From the IMG/VR virus record IMGVR_UViG_3300015371_000002, positions 60,251 through 124,250 of that record: a DNA stretch of 64,000 bases; one strand, written 5' to 3'. The stretch comes from a virus. Below, in pieces: positions 10,287 through 20,701 of this stretch. A model generated the notes under the pieces. It was not told where the DNA came from. It did not search any database and was given only the letters and a program-made list of their open reading frames with translations. Made by a program: the position numbers and the translations under genes. Position 1 is the first letter of the stretch; each line of letters opens with the position of its first letter.

Positions 10287-11360
10287 ATGAACTCAACGCC
10301 TGACAACCAACGTGTCTGCATAAATTGCGGACGGCCCCACTTCCCCACCAGAAAGGGTAGGTGCAAGGCATGCGATTATTACTGGCACACCTACGGCATA
10401 GAACGACCGGAGGTTATATTTAAGTCTCCAGTAAAAGGGCATTTTGCTGACCGAGATGGTCGCTCATGCCCTAACTGTGGGGTCCTATTTAACCCGATTA
10501 AGTTCTATCGGCGCGAGGGAAAGTTCCTATTTGCGGGGCAGTTGCGCTACTGCACAAGAGAATGTGGAAACGCCTATCGACTACGTCAAGCGAAGGGAAA
10601 ACCAAGCAAACTGCGCGGAAAGCGACTGGTCAAGGAACCCACAAGCGGGTTTGCATGTCGTGGGTGCGGCATTCTATGGACGCCGATCTATTATCGGCGG
10701 GGGAGGCCGATCCGCTTACAGCGAAGGTTAGCAGCAAGAGCGTTATGCTCCGATGCCTGTCGGAAGATCATCCGCATACAATCAGAGCCTCAACGATTAG
10801 CTAGCGTTCCTAGGGGCCCTAAGCACCGTTTCTGGAAGGGCGGAGTTGGTGCCTTATACCGACGCGGACTGGGATGGGCCAAGAAGACCGAGACCGTTCG
10901 TAGAAAACAGAAATACAAGTGCGCAGAGTGCGGCAAGTCTGAGAGCGAACTTGGCAAGGTTCTTGATGTGCATCACAAGGTTCCCTTCCACAACTTCGCC
11001 ACTGCGCGTGATGCCAACGTCTTTTCTAATCTGGTAGGCTTGTGTCGATCGTGTCATGCAAAGGCTGACGCAGCCATTGTGTCACGGCAACTAAGCCTAG
11101 GTCTGGTTCTTGCTGGTCGCGAGTTTCGCCCGGGGAAGGCCCGAGGAGGGCGTTGCGCTTCGGCCAAACTGACCGAAGCCATGGTCATAGAGATGCGCCG
11201 CAGACGGGCTGATGGCGCTACTACAAGCTATCTAGCTAAGCTATTCGGTGTTTCCCCCTCTGTTTCCCAATATGCCTGCTCAGGCAAAACGTGGAAGCAT
11301 GTCGGCGGACCGCTAACTAGCGGTAGGACCTATGCTAAAGCCGTAAATCCCTCTGGATGA
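10287..11360 (+). CDS. HNH endonuclease with Cys zinc-finger repeats and C-terminal HTH
   Basis: CAECG...LDVHHKVPF...NLVGLCRSCHAK; several CxxC; AKLTEAMVIEMRR HTH. Confidence 0.85.
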   Translation: MNSTPDNQRVCINCGRPHFPTRKGRCKACDYYWHTYGIERPEVIFKSPVKGHFADRDGRSCPNCGVLFNPIKFYRREGKFLFAGQLRYCTRECGNAYRLRQAKGKPSKLRGKRLVKEPTSGFACRGCGILWTPIYYRRGRPIRLQRRLAARALCSDACRKIIRIQSEPQRLASVPRGPKHRFWKGGVGALYRRGLGWAKKTETVRRKQKYKCAECGKSESELGKVLDVHHKVPFHNFATARDANVFSNLVGLCRSCHAKADAAIVSRQLSLGLVLAGREFRPGKARGGRCASAKLTEAMVIEMRRRRADGATTSYLAKLFGVSPSVSQYACSGKTWKHVGGPLTSGRTYAKAVNPSG

Positions 11361-11449
11361 CTTGATATTGCCCGTCGGCTGTTGGGTGGACGCGGCGCTG
11401 GGGAATATTCGGGGGCAGCCTCTAGTGGTCTTGCAGTAGTGCTACAGCA

Positions 11450-11632
11450 GTGCTATATGCAGTCCGACGAACGAAAGAGGCCCTGGTGCCGATGCGGAAG
11501 CAACAAGTGAGCCTGACGGATCCGCAGGTCGAATGGCTTGAGGCTGAGGCCAAGCGTCTTGGCGTCTCCATCGCCGAGGTGATCCGTCGGATCATCGATA
11601 AGCATCGTGAGCAACGGGAGAACCGTGAGTAA
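11450..11632 (+). CDS. ribbon-helix-helix (CopG-like) regulator
   Basis: KQQVSLTDPQVEWLEAEAKRLGVSIAEVIRRIID. Confidence 0.75.
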   Translation: MLYAVRRTKEALVPMRKQQVSLTDPQVEWLEAEAKRLGVSIAEVIRRIIDKHREQRENRE

Positions 11633-12035
11633 TGAGCGAGCCGTGATCCTCGAGAGAACCGCCAGACGGGAGCGATTGACGACGGGCACCGTGCTGATAA
11701 CCTCTCGCCCGTCGCTCGGTCTCCTACCCGAGTGGGAATACTCTTCATCATCCATGCAAACTTCAGCTTGCGGGGACCGCAAGTGGTGCCTCACGCGCGC
11801 CCGCAAGCTGACTTTTCCACAGCCGAATTAGTAAAAGAATCAGCCAGTTCACAAGTGTTCGTATTGCCAGAAGCGCGCGAGACCGGTAAGCAAGACGGGC
11901 ACGGGATGCCCCGTGCGAGTGATAGCGAAACTTCACCCGGTCTCGCGCCTCTGCCCCTGCGAGGTTCCCGAAACCCCCGTGCGCAAATGCGCGGGCCGGG
12001 TATTTTTGCCCTAGCGCGACGCAATACGCAACGGC

Positions 12036-13715
12036 CTAGGCGAACGCAATCTCATAGGTTGCAACACGCGCCGCATCCACACCGAGGCTAAGCACATCCG
12101 CCGCATCGAACAGCGCCATCGCCGCATCGATCTTCTGATCGCCGGCGTTAATCTTGGTCGCGCGGATGGCCGTGGCCGTCGGCTCGATCTTAATGTTCCC
12201 GATGCACCACGACATCATCGAGCTCTGGCTGTGCCACAACGTCCCTTTGGCCAGCCGCCGTTCGCATGTCTTCAGCGCGTTCATGAGCCGATAGCCCTGC
12301 CCAACCGGCCACAGCATCTTGTTCGCCTCGGTAATGCCGATCTCCGCCATCGCATCGACGATGTCGCCAACACCCGCCGGATCCACCGCCACGTGCGCCA
12401 AGATGCCCCTGGCCTTGATGTCGGCAATGATCTGCTTCATCGCCTCCAGGTCGTCCAGCATATCATCGCAAATCGTCAGTTCGCCGGCCCTTTCGAAGTC
12501 GAGCAGGCGCGGCGCGATCTGTTGCCGCCGCTCCAGCACGCTCCGGTGGCACCAAGCGTGGGACCATAGTAGCCACGACTTCGATGCCTTATCCCGGCCA
12601 TCAGCGTCGCGCCCCAGCACAGCAAAGCCGAACAGATCGTCCAGCCCACCGCCGTCCATCCCACACACCACCACCTCGGAGCGGTCCAACACAGCCTCAA
12701 GCGTGAGCGAAGGGTCGGTTTGCCGCTCCCAGAATTCCGCACCCGGCCAGCGGTCGGTCTGCAGCCCAAGGCCGATTTCGATGTTCAGATGCTGCGACGC
12801 CCAGCGCCGCAGTTCATGATCGCCCGCGGCAATCGCCGCCTCGTAGTCCGGGATCAGCCGCTCAATGGCCACCGTCAGCGTGGGGTTAACCATCCGCCAG
12901 TTGGCCGTGTCCCGCCAATCCACATCACGGGGAAACTCGTAGATCAACGGCAGCAGCGGCAATACCTGCTCGCCGTCACGCACCCGACGCGCATTATGCA
13001 GCGCCTCTTTGAACACACCCGACGGCGCACGCTCCGATTGCGTGGTAATCGAGATCAGGAACGCCTCGGGGTTGGCAATTAACCCACCGCGCAACTGCCC
13101 CATCACCCGATCCGCATCATGGGCGCCCGAAATGGCGTGTAGTTCGTCCACCAGCACACCGCACGGTTTGGAGCCGGTGACCACTCTGGGGTCGAATGAC
13201 TTAACCTTCAGGAAGGCCTTGGTCTGCCGATAGATGATGGTCTTGATGTGGTCCCGGATATGAAACTTGCCGGTCAGGATGGGGTCACTCTCGATCATCC
13301 CAACCGCCTGACGGAACGCCAGGTCGGCCACCTCCAGTGTCGGGGCGATCAGTAGGAATTCCGCCCGCGGTCGGCGGTTCATCAGCACCGCACAAATCAT
13401 AATCGCGGCTGCCGAAGTCGTCTTCCCGGACTTCTTGGCAATCATGCAGAAGAATTCGCGGATATGCCGCTCGTTGGTATCCGGGTCGTAGGAGCCGAAC
13501 ACCGCGCGAACCAGGTCCTTCTGCCACTGCCCAGCGACATCGCGGAATGGCGGTTGGTCGATGACATCGGGAAGCCGCAGCTTGGAGAAGATGCCGAGGG
13601 CTGCGTCTGCCTCGTCCTCGTTCAACGGCAGATCGGGAAGCAGCGACTGCCCCGCCTTAATGCGCGATTGCCAATCCGGCCGTGCGGTTGACCATGTGGG
13701 GAGGGACTGGTCCAT
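12036..13715 (-). CDS. terL: terminase large subunit
   Basis: Walker A IAKKSGKTT, Walker B VLVDELH, nuclease GMDGGGLDD and KIDAAMA. Confidence 0.95.
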   Translation of the reverse strand: MDQSLPTWSTARPDWQSRIKAGQSLLPDLPLNEDEADAALGIFSKLRLPDVIDQPPFRDVAGQWQKDLVRAVFGSYDPDTNERHIREFFCMIAKKSGKTTSAAAIMICAVLMNRRPRAEFLLIAPTLEVADLAFRQAVGMIESDPILTGKFHIRDHIKTIIYRQTKAFLKVKSFDPRVVTGSKPCGVLVDELHAISGAHDADRVMGQLRGGLIANPEAFLISITTQSERAPSGVFKEALHNARRVRDGEQVLPLLPLIYEFPRDVDWRDTANWRMVNPTLTVAIERLIPDYEAAIAAGDHELRRWASQHLNIEIGLGLQTDRWPGAEFWERQTDPSLTLEAVLDRSEVVVCGMDGGGLDDLFGFAVLGRDADGRDKASKSWLLWSHAWCHRSVLERRQQIAPRLLDFERAGELTICDDMLDDLEAMKQIIADIKARGILAHVAVDPAGVGDIVDAMAEIGITEANKMLWPVGQGYRLMNALKTCERRLAKGTLWHSQSSMMSWCIGNIKIEPTATAIRATKINAGDQKIDAAMALFDAADVLSLGVDAARVATYEIAFA

Positions 13716-14282
13716 TTAGTCAGTCAGGTGACGCCAAGTCTCGCGCAATCGTATCAAACGGACGTTCGCCTCGCTGACCGCAAACCTTGCCGCAATTACC
13801 TTGTGAGGCCCCTCTGAGGCTAGGATTTCCCTCACTTGCTTCTCCGTCAGCTTCGCCCAAGGCATCTGTTCGCCACAGTAATAGGTTCCGTGCATCTTTT
13901 TGTCTTCTTGGTTTTCCTTAGGAAGCGCCCAACGGAGATGAGCGGCAGAAACGCAACCCGTATGGCCGCGACCACAGGAATGTGCCACCTCGTGTAATTC
14001 AGTAGGACGGGGTCCGCTCGCAAGCCCGCATATCAGCTGGCAGGCTGATTTCCCGCCGATGTTGGCATAACCATTGCCAAACCTAGCAAACGGCCATTCT
14101 AAGCAGCCGTCGCCGTCATGAAGCAATGCGACGTGGTTGATAAAGTCTTCGGGCTCTCCCGGCGCGGCCCGCTTCTGATACAGCGGATCGCCGTGCCTTT
14201 GCCACCTCCTGTAGTGCTTCCCGCACCACGTCCTCTTGAACGGCCCACGGTTGGAACAGCCATCAATAGAGCACTCAGCCAT
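13716..14282 (-). CDS. HNH-like homing endonuclease between terS and terL
   Basis: CSIDGC...WCGKHYRRWQRHGDP, CLEWPF, VAHSCG...CV...HLRWALPKEN, AKLTEKQVREI. Confidence 0.85.
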   Translation of the reverse strand: MAECSIDGCSNRGPFKRTWCGKHYRRWQRHGDPLYQKRAAPGEPEDFINHVALLHDGDGCLEWPFARFGNGYANIGGKSACQLICGLASGPRPTELHEVAHSCGRGHTGCVSAAHLRWALPKENQEDKKMHGTYYCGEQMPWAKLTEKQVREILASEGPHKVIAARFAVSEANVRLIRLRETWRHLTD

Positions 14283-14309
14283 CTAACTCGTCTACCAGAC
14301 AGACCCGAG

Positions 14310-14657
14310 TCAGTTATAGGGGTCGGCATCCTTTTTGGTCTTTCCCGAATTCCGATTAAGGAGAGAAAACCACTCTGTCCCTTGGTCGTTGGTCCGCGCC
14401 TCTTCTTCGGCCGCCTGCTTCTTGCCAGCCATGACGGTATCGGCCTTCGGATGCACGAACGGTGCCGCCGCCGCTGCCATGCGATCCCGACGGACCGGAT
14501 CCACGACCGGGTCGTTCATCACATGCAGCATGTATTCGAGCGGCGTCATGTTCTGGCGCACCTGCTCGCTTTGCATCCCCTCAGCGGTCAGTTCTCGCAC
14601 CTTGCTGAGTGATCCAGGCGGACGTCCGCCGCCGTGTTTGAAGCCGCCTCGTGGCAT
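14310..14657 (-). CDS. terS: terminase small subunit
   Basis: MPRGG..GGGRPPGS, TPLEYMLHVMND...RRDRMAAAAAPFVHPK; upstream of terL. Confidence 0.8.
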   Translation of the reverse strand: MPRGGFKHGGGRPPGSLSKVRELTAEGMQSEQVRQNMTPLEYMLHVMNDPVVDPVRRDRMAAAAAPFVHPKADTVMAGKKQAAEEEARTNDQGTEWFSLLNRNSGKTKKDADPYN

Positions 14658-14699
14658 GAGATTAACCTTAAAACGTTGACAGTTAGTGGTGGGCCGCCG

Positions 14700-14830
14700 T
14701 GATAAATCGACCCAGGGGATAAAAAGGTCCGGGCGACCACCCTGGCGGTTACCCCCCTCGGCGACCGATTCTTTCAACACTCCCCCCCGGGGGGGCATCG
14801 ATGCTGGGACCGGGTGACGTATCCCCCCTA
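14700..14830. other. putative cos/packaging initiation region
   Basis: Non-coding stretch just upstream of terS with a C7G7 palindrome near 14783-14796 and G/C runs, as seen upstream of terS in HK97-like cos phages; position-based inference. Confidence 0.45.
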
Positions 14831-15185
14831 CCGCTGCAGATAGCAGACTGATGGCGCGCGCGATGGTGACGCACGATGCAACGTTGCGTTGCTGCGACCA
14901 TCAGGTAGGCTTGCGGGATGCGGTGGATATGCGTCGTTAGTATGGTCTGGGCTGGGGCCAGCCTTGTTGTGATGCTTGGGATGCTGGTGGCCGTGCCGTT
15001 CATCCACGCACGCCAGAAAACGCGCCGGGCACCAGACCAAGCCAGTATCAGCGAGGCGCCGCGTAAGCCCGCCTAGGCGTCAGCAATCAGCATCTACGCC
15101 ACTTGTGCCCTGGCGTGGTGCGCTTAGATATGCGGTGAGCTGGTAACCCTGCCGGTATTCTTTCCAATAATCCTTCAGATACCTG

Positions 15186-15214
15186 TTGACAGATACCCTG
15201 GGTATACCCATATT
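15186..15214 (+). promoter_or_regulatory. sigma70-like promoter with ATACC-N3-GGTAT in the spacer
   Basis: TTGACA-N17-CATATT; spacer gataccctgggtatacc. Confidence 0.45.
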
Positions 15215-16173
15215 AGGAGTGAACCAAAGGACAAGCCCTCGAACAAGAGCCCACCAGACCAGAGGTTCCAGGAACAACAAGACTAGCGGCCGCCACCGAC
15301 ACCAAGGCAACCAACTAAGGAGCGACACGGATCGCTCGCCTACCAGAGAATAGAGACAGGTTCGGCTTGAACTTGACTTCGTTCTAAGTGGCGCCATCGC
15401 GTGCCACGTTCCCGTTGCTAGCCTATCGGGCAATGAAGCCTGCCCAGTCTCCTGCCTCTGGACGACGTGGCCAGTCACGAAGCACAGGAGTCACCGAATA
15501 GTGCCATGGGCAAAGGCATCGAACGATGCATGGGTGTCATGGGCGAAGTCGGAAACTGGGAATACTCCACATACAGGGGACAGCCTCGCATAGGGCTTAG
15601 GGTTGCAATTCGGTTGCGAAGCGTATGCTTGAGGCTTGTTCCCTTGCTGGTCCTGCCCATGCGTGGGGCGCCCGAGTGTGGTCAACGGCCACGCTGGTTT
15701 CGCCAGTTACACGGTAGGCAAGATGCTTTTGACGGTAGCAGTCCATTTGCACGGCGGACTACACCAGCATTCCAACCGCTGGCCCATCGTGCGCTAACGT
15801 TCGGCGGGTATGGGGTTATGGACAACCCTCCGTAGCGCGACACTTGGCTTCCCGTCACTTGCGACGGTTGCTCAGTATACGCGACGGCACTCCGCGAAGG
15901 ACGCGAGTAAAGCTACCCGTTACAGTGTGACCCGCGTTTGTGGCAATGGGCTGGCCTAGGCGCTTATAGGCGCTGCAAACGTAGCAAGATTGACGCTAGC
16001 GGTCACGCTGCAACGAATAGCAAGGAAAGCAGGCTTGGCGCACCCCGAAGCGTGAGAACTATCGGAGTCTCCTAAGTGACAGGATGCAAGGCGCTTATCT
16101 CTCACAGTCTGCTGCCATGCCGTCAGGCGGTTTCGGCCGCCTTGCGCAATGGCAATAGAGGGTTAACTCGGAA

Positions 16174-16434
16174 ATGACGTATCAGGAAGCCAAGGCACGG
16201 CAAGCAGCGCTTGAGGCTAACGTAAAGCTGGCCGGCGCTGCATTGCGGCAATTCCCCGCAAACGGGCCGATGGGTCTAACGCCAGACTCGGTAAAAGCGT
16301 CGCCAGAGTTTCGGACGGCGAAGGCTTGCTTCGATCGGGCTTTCTCGCAATTAGCCGCGTTTAATGCGGCTTTCGTGAAAACGTATCGCAAGGAAGCGGC
16401 CGCAGAACGGAAAGCTCGGAGAAATGGGAGATAG
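16174..16434 (+). CDS. hypothetical protein (first gene of the small-gene island)
   Basis: GAGG upstream; GPMGLTPDSVKASPEFR; hairpin at ~16113-16153. Confidence 0.65.
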   Translation: MTYQEAKARQAALEANVKLAGAALRQFPANGPMGLTPDSVKASPEFRTAKACFDRAFSQLAAFNAAFVKTYRKEAAAERKARRNGR

Positions 16435-16708
16435 GCGAATGTTATGCGACCTTGGCAACCCCATGCCTAAGGGGACGCTGGTTACCGTCAAGACAAACAA
16501 CGGTGGCAAGATTACTGCCCCATTGGCGATGGCTTATCGTCCCTCTTATCGCGCCGTGATTGACGTTAATGGTGACGACGTTGTCATTCCAGCCACGCGC
16601 ATAACGTCAATTCAGAAGGAATTGCCACATCCATGCAAGCGATGCGGTATGATCGTTCCCGATGCTCGCGGCATCGTCCATTGCTGGCACCGCGAGTGCC
16701 CAGAGTAA
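16424..16708 (+). CDS. hypothetical protein with C-terminal CxxC..CxHxxC
   Basis: Overlaps the previous stop codon. Confidence 0.5.
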   Translation: MGDRRMLCDLGNPMPKGTLVTVKTNNGGKITAPLAMAYRPSYRAVIDVNGDDVVIPATRITSIQKELPHPCKRCGMIVPDARGIVHCWHRECPE

Positions 16709-16904
16709 GGAGTCAGTCATGACACGCCATGAATCCGCATATGTTTGGGAGATCGAACGTCTGCCGCACGAATTGCCGCAGGAAATGCCGCGCGACGAAC
16801 CAATGCTGCAGATTGTCCCCCATGAACGCGAGATCGATCACACACCAGCCGCAGTGATTATCCGGCCACCGATCGATCAACACGGAAATTTTCGTCCGTG
16901 GTAG

Positions 16905-16942
16905 GGATTACCGCTTGACGATACCCCACGGTATCCTTATGT
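16905..16942 (+). promoter_or_regulatory. promoter/operator repeat, copy 1 (38 bp)
   Basis: GGATTACCGCTTGACGATACCCCACGGTATCCTTATGT identical to 17965-18002; TTGACG-N17-TATGT with GATACC-N4-GGTATC in the spacer. Confidence 0.8.
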
Positions 16943-16971
16943 AGGGGGCAACGAAGCGGATGGATACACAG

Positions 16972-17130
16972 ATGACTACCTACCGCGTCACAGCCCAGAG
17001 CTACACCAGCAGCCAGCGGATTGCGAAGCTAATCACCAGTGACACTGAGCAGTCCGCACTACGGCAAGCTAACAAGGAGCTCGATGGCGATTGGTATGTT
17101 CTGGATATCAAGCCGGTATCTAAGGCATAG
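16972..17130 (+). CDS. hypothetical protein (52 aa)
   Basis: Hand-translated MTTYRVTAQSY...KPVSKA, directly after the promoter. Confidence 0.55.
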   Translation: MTTYRVTAQSYTSSQRIAKLITSDTEQSALRQANKELDGDWYVLDIKPVSKA

Positions 17131-17163
17131 GCGCCCAAACAAGCAAACCCAAAGGCAACGACA

Positions 17164-17460
17164 ATGACAAAGCATCGCACCCGAAAGTCACGAATTGAGA
17201 TTATGGTTGTTACACTGCCGGCATACTGGGCATGCGCAATAGTCAATGGCGATTGCAGCAGTATGGATGATACGGAAGTTTCCGACATGGAGCGTGAGCT
17301 TGAAGCGCTATCTGCTGAGGGCTGGTCAATTATTGACGTTGCTCGCGATAAGAGCGGGGAGCCCGACGAGTCGCGCTTTACATCGTCCTTCCGTCTGTAT
17401 GGCGGCAATTGCGCTGGTGGCGACGTATTGGATTACGTGGCTATTCGCGACAAGCGCTAA
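17164..17460 (+). CDS. hypothetical phage protein
   Basis: TLPAYWACAIVNGDCSSMDD; co-oriented in the island. Confidence 0.6.
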   Translation: MTKHRTRKSRIEIMVVTLPAYWACAIVNGDCSSMDDTEVSDMERELEALSAEGWSIIDVARDKSGEPDESRFTSSFRLYGGNCAGGDVLDYVAIRDKR

Positions 17461-17540
17461 GGCGGACACATAGCAGCGTTACGGCGCTGCTATAGCCTGC
17501 CTTCGCAGGAAACATAACAAGAGCAACCCAAGAGGTTACA

Positions 17541-17924
17541 ATGAGAACTAAGCACACAGAGCCGCTGTCCAACTGGTGGACCGGAACGGAATCGGCGTGG
17601 GAGCGGTTGCCCTATGACGAACGCAAGGAATTAGCATTTGCGGCAACGGGTTGTGAAGTTGCATGGCCACGTTGGCCCGCGCCAGTTCACTGCTTGCATA
17701 CAGACTGCCGCATCCGGCGCGGCGAAATTCTGCCGATCGTGAAGCTTAACGGCACCATGCGGTATGAAGCCCAAACCGGCTGGTGGCGCTTTATCGAGGA
17801 CCGCAATCAACTGGCGCGGATATACCGCCACTACCGCCGGGAAGCACGCAAGGTCGGCGAGTATGATCTATGGAAGCTTGGCGCTGTTGGTGTGGCTTTG
17901 TTAGGCGTTTCGCTTTCCAAGTAA
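17541..17924 (+). CDS. hypothetical protein
   Basis: GAGG RBS; island packing. Confidence 0.55.
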   Translation: MRTKHTEPLSNWWTGTESAWERLPYDERKELAFAATGCEVAWPRWPAPVHCLHTDCRIRRGEILPIVKLNGTMRYEAQTGWWRFIEDRNQLARIYRHYRREARKVGEYDLWKLGAVGVALLGVSLSK

Positions 17925-17964
17925 CGGGAGTAGCAACCGCCGGCCGAAACGCGATTAAATAGTC

Positions 17965-18002
17965 GGATTACCGCTTGACGATACCCCACGGTATCCTTAT
18001 GT
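17965..18002 (+). promoter_or_regulatory. promoter/operator repeat, copy 2 (38 bp)
   Basis: Exact direct repeat of 16905-16942. Confidence 0.8.
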
Positions 18003-18037
18003 TGTGGGTAACGCAGCAAACCCAAAAGGAGACAACA

Positions 18038-18397
18038 ATGGAACACTGGGAAACGGTCTGGCAATTCAATACCGCACGCTACACGGTGGCGCTGTCTGTC
18101 AGCGACGAAGAGTCAGATCCTGCGGACAGTTTCAGTTTTGAGGATGATGTCGAATATGCTCGTGAAGGCGGTTGGCATTGGTTCTGCGCACGGGTGCAAG
18201 TCATCTTCCGCGACGAGAACAACCCGAAGAACTGGGCGGTGCGGCGTGACTTGGTGTTAGGCGAGGACTTCATCGGCGGATGTAGCTATGAAGACTTAAA
18301 GTCCTTCAGGTCTGACGGCTATTTCCGCGACATGGTGGCGGAAGCCATTAGCGAGGCGCGCGGCAAGCTGTCTCGGTTGTGCAGTAAGGCAGCATAG
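18038..18397 (+). CDS. hypothetical phage protein
   Basis: AAGGAG RBS before MEHWETVW; LGEDFIGGCSY...DGYFRDMVAEAI. Confidence 0.65.
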   Translation: MEHWETVWQFNTARYTVALSVSDEESDPADSFSFEDDVEYAREGGWHWFCARVQVIFRDENNPKNWAVRRDLVLGEDFIGGCSYEDLKSFRSDGYFRDMVAEAISEARGKLSRLCSKAA

Positions 18398-18406
18398 GAG
18401 AGGACA

Positions 18407-18649
18407 ATGCACGCGCTTTCAGTAATCCGCTATCCTTCGGGGCGCTACGGCTTCGTCGGCAGGGTGCCCGCTGTTCTGGCTTATGAGGGCAGCGAAGAAG
18501 ACATGGAAACCGCTGCCCACTACGGGCCGGGAATTGCACGAAGGATTGCGAGCAGGAACGGCCGCGAATTCCGCGCGCTCTCATGGGCCACTCGCGAGGA
18601 TGCGCTTGCTGCCGCTGCTGCCCACGGCTTCGACGTCCATAACGGCTGA
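18407..18649 (+). CDS. hypothetical protein
   Basis: GGAGAGG RBS; YPSGRYGFVGRVP. Confidence 0.6.
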   Translation: MHALSVIRYPSGRYGFVGRVPAVLAYEGSEEDMETAAHYGPGIARRIASRNGREFRALSWATREDALAAAAAHGFDVHNG

Positions 18650-18757
18650 CCATGCTGTAAGGTGCACCTGTGCGGTGTCACCTTGCACAATGGCCAGAGT
18701 GACCATTGACGCGCCATACAGAGGGCGCGACGGCACATAAACGGAAGGCAAACCCAG

Positions 18758-19339
18758 ATGTCAGCGACCAACAAGTGCCCATGTTGTGGGCGCGCCATGC
18801 CGCGCCAGCGGACAGCGACAAAACCTAAGCTAATGACGGGCGAACAGTTCTTTGAAGCTCGCATGGTAGCCTGTCGCGCGATTGCGGCAGACCTAGGCGA
18901 AAATTGGCATCTAGTCGAGGGTGCAAGCTACTGGGCCACGATTCCCGCCAGGCTGCGATCGTTCAAAACCGCACGCGGCACAAAGATTAGGTGCAACCGT
19001 GAGGTAAGGTTGCCAGCGGGCCGGTATTGGCCGGCGGGCTGTCTGCCTGACGGTTTAGTCGTGGCTCCGCCGTATGCCAGAGACAAGACTCCGCCAGAGG
19101 TGGTGCGGCGCATGGCGGCGACACGCGAGCTTGGCAGGCTGGAACGTGAATATTCCCACGATCGCAGCCGTGCATTGCACGTCAACGTTCGTTGGCATGA
19201 CTCAAACTTGAGTCGCTACTACACGCCAGAGGATAGGGCAGCAGATATACAACGGGCTTGGGACGTTCGCCGCGAGCTTTCACAGGCTAGACGCGACAGG
19301 GCTCTGGTCGCTGATGATACCCTGCCTATGGCAGCATGA
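18758..19339 (+). CDS. hypothetical protein with N-terminal CPCCG
   Basis: 193-aa ORF in the island. Confidence 0.55.
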   Translation: MSATNKCPCCGRAMPRQRTATKPKLMTGEQFFEARMVACRAIAADLGENWHLVEGASYWATIPARLRSFKTARGTKIRCNREVRLPAGRYWPAGCLPDGLVVAPPYARDKTPPEVVRRMAATRELGRLEREYSHDRSRALHVNVRWHDSNLSRYYTPEDRAADIQRAWDVRRELSQARRDRALVADDTLPMAA

Positions 19340-19401
19340 CATGACGGCGTGCTGCGCTCACGTGGCAGGCTACCCCTCTCCAATCGAAGGAGATTAGTAA
19401 G

Positions 19402-19647
19402 ATGGACAAGAAAAGAACAAAGACGGCATATGGCGAATATCGTCCAGATTTGGGTCGCTTCATACTGCGCCCAGTGAAGCGCATTCCATTTATGGCGCCA
19501 ATTCCTTGCGCGGTGTTCCCTTCGATACAAGAAGCCGAGCAGGCTGCCGACGCCCATGGTTATCGAGTTATCTGGGACAAGTCACCCACTCCAATCGAAG
19601 GGGGCCAATTCCGGGCTCCCTGTCCAATCGAAGGGGATCGAAAATGA
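19402..19647 (+). CDS. hypothetical protein
   Basis: Motif copy just upstream of ATG. Confidence 0.55.
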   Translation: MDKKRTKTAYGEYRPDLGRFILRPVKRIPFMAPIPCAVFPSIQEAEQAADAHGYRVIWDKSPTPIEGGQFRAPCPIEGDRK

Positions 19648-19853
19648 ATCTCAGTGAGAGAACCGCGTTGATCAATCGCATTGCTAGCCTGCCCGGACCC
19701 GTCACGCTTGACGGAAAGCCGGCGCTGATTTGCGGACTGACCAGCGACTTCCTAACCGTGGTCACTATGACCTTACCGCGAGTGTCTTGTCAGTTCTCGT
19801 GGGAAGCGGTGGCGCGATTGCTCGACAAGGGCGGAGCTTTCCGTTCCTTCTGA
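19644..19853 (+). CDS. hypothetical protein
   Basis: MNLSERTALIN after motif copy 19624. Confidence 0.6.
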   Translation: MNLSERTALINRIASLPGPVTLDGKPALICGLTSDFLTVVTMTLPRVSCQFSWEAVARLLDKGGAFRSF

Positions 19854-19910
19854 CCAGTCTCGATCCTGTCCTCGCTTCGGTAGCATAACTCCAATCGAAG
19901 GAGCTTTGAA

Positions 19911-20069
19911 ATGAAGACCTATACACTTAGCGTCCTTGTCTCAGTCGACCTAGCGTTTTCCAACGACGAAGCGGCGAAAGAATGGGCGGAAGAGCACACT
20001 GTTTTCGATATGCTCGACAAAGGCGCTGGCGTTGGTGAAGTCGTCATTACTCCAATCGAAGGGGATTAA
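19911..20069 (+). CDS. hypothetical protein (52 aa)
   Basis: Hand-translated MKTYTLSVL...VITPIEGD; bounded by motif copies at both ends. Confidence 0.55.
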   Translation: MKTYTLSVLVSVDLAFSNDEAAKEWAEEHTVFDMLDKGAGVGEVVITPIEGD

Positions 20070-20070
20070 A

Positions 20071-20271
20071 ATGCTCACTCTCAGAGAGGCCGACATACTC
20101 CGCGCCTACTGGCGCCAAACCTACGCCGTAGTGCGCGTCCGTCGGGATGGCACAGTTGAGGCGAAGCAGTGCCCATCATCGCCGTGGGCCATCCTGGAAA
20201 CGCCGGAACAAGCGCGCCTTAGCGCCGCCGAGCTCTTGGCCATTCCGGGCAATCGAAGGGGATCGAAATGA
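20071..20271 (+). CDS. hypothetical protein
   Basis: MLTLREAD after motif copy 20052. Confidence 0.55.
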   Translation: MLTLREADILRAYWRQTYAVVRVRRDGTVEAKQCPSSPWAILETPEQARLSAAELLAIPGNRRGSK

Positions 20272-20458
20272 CAATGCATGATCTAGGGGACGTGTTTCAA
20301 CACGCGTTTCACCACGAACGATCCCCGCGAGCGAGCGCGGCGGAGGTCGCGACATTCTGCGGCATGGTGGCCGCTGCGCTGCTGGTGACGTGGTTCACCA
20401 CGGGCCACGCGTTGCTTATGGCGATGCGGTAGACCCATTCCAATCGAAGGGGGCCAAA

Positions 20459-20701
20459 ATGGCCATGAAACGTCAGCGCCTATGGACCGTATGGGGACAA
20501 GATCCCCTGCGCCCAGGCAATCGCATGTTCAAGACCGAAGCTGAAGCATTGGCCTATGCGGCCGTGCTGGCGCCGATATCTAGCGGATGGGCGATGGTTC
20601 AGGATCATTGGACGCGCGAGATCAGGACCGTGCGGGCGATATACCCCACTCCAATCGAAGGGGAGCGAAAATACCCTGTCCAATCGAAGAATACCGATTG
20701 A
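20459..20701 (+). CDS. hypothetical protein
   Basis: MAMKRQRLW after motif copy 20440. Confidence 0.5.
   Translation: MAMKRQRLWTVWGQDPLRPGNRMFKTEAEALAYAAVLAPISSGWAMVQDHWTREIRTVRAIYPTPIEGERKYPVQSKNTD

Noticed and set aside
14828-16170. ORFs or a named ncRNA between the cos region and the island
   Set aside because: No convincing RBS, motif or family; left unannotated apart from one promoter-like site.
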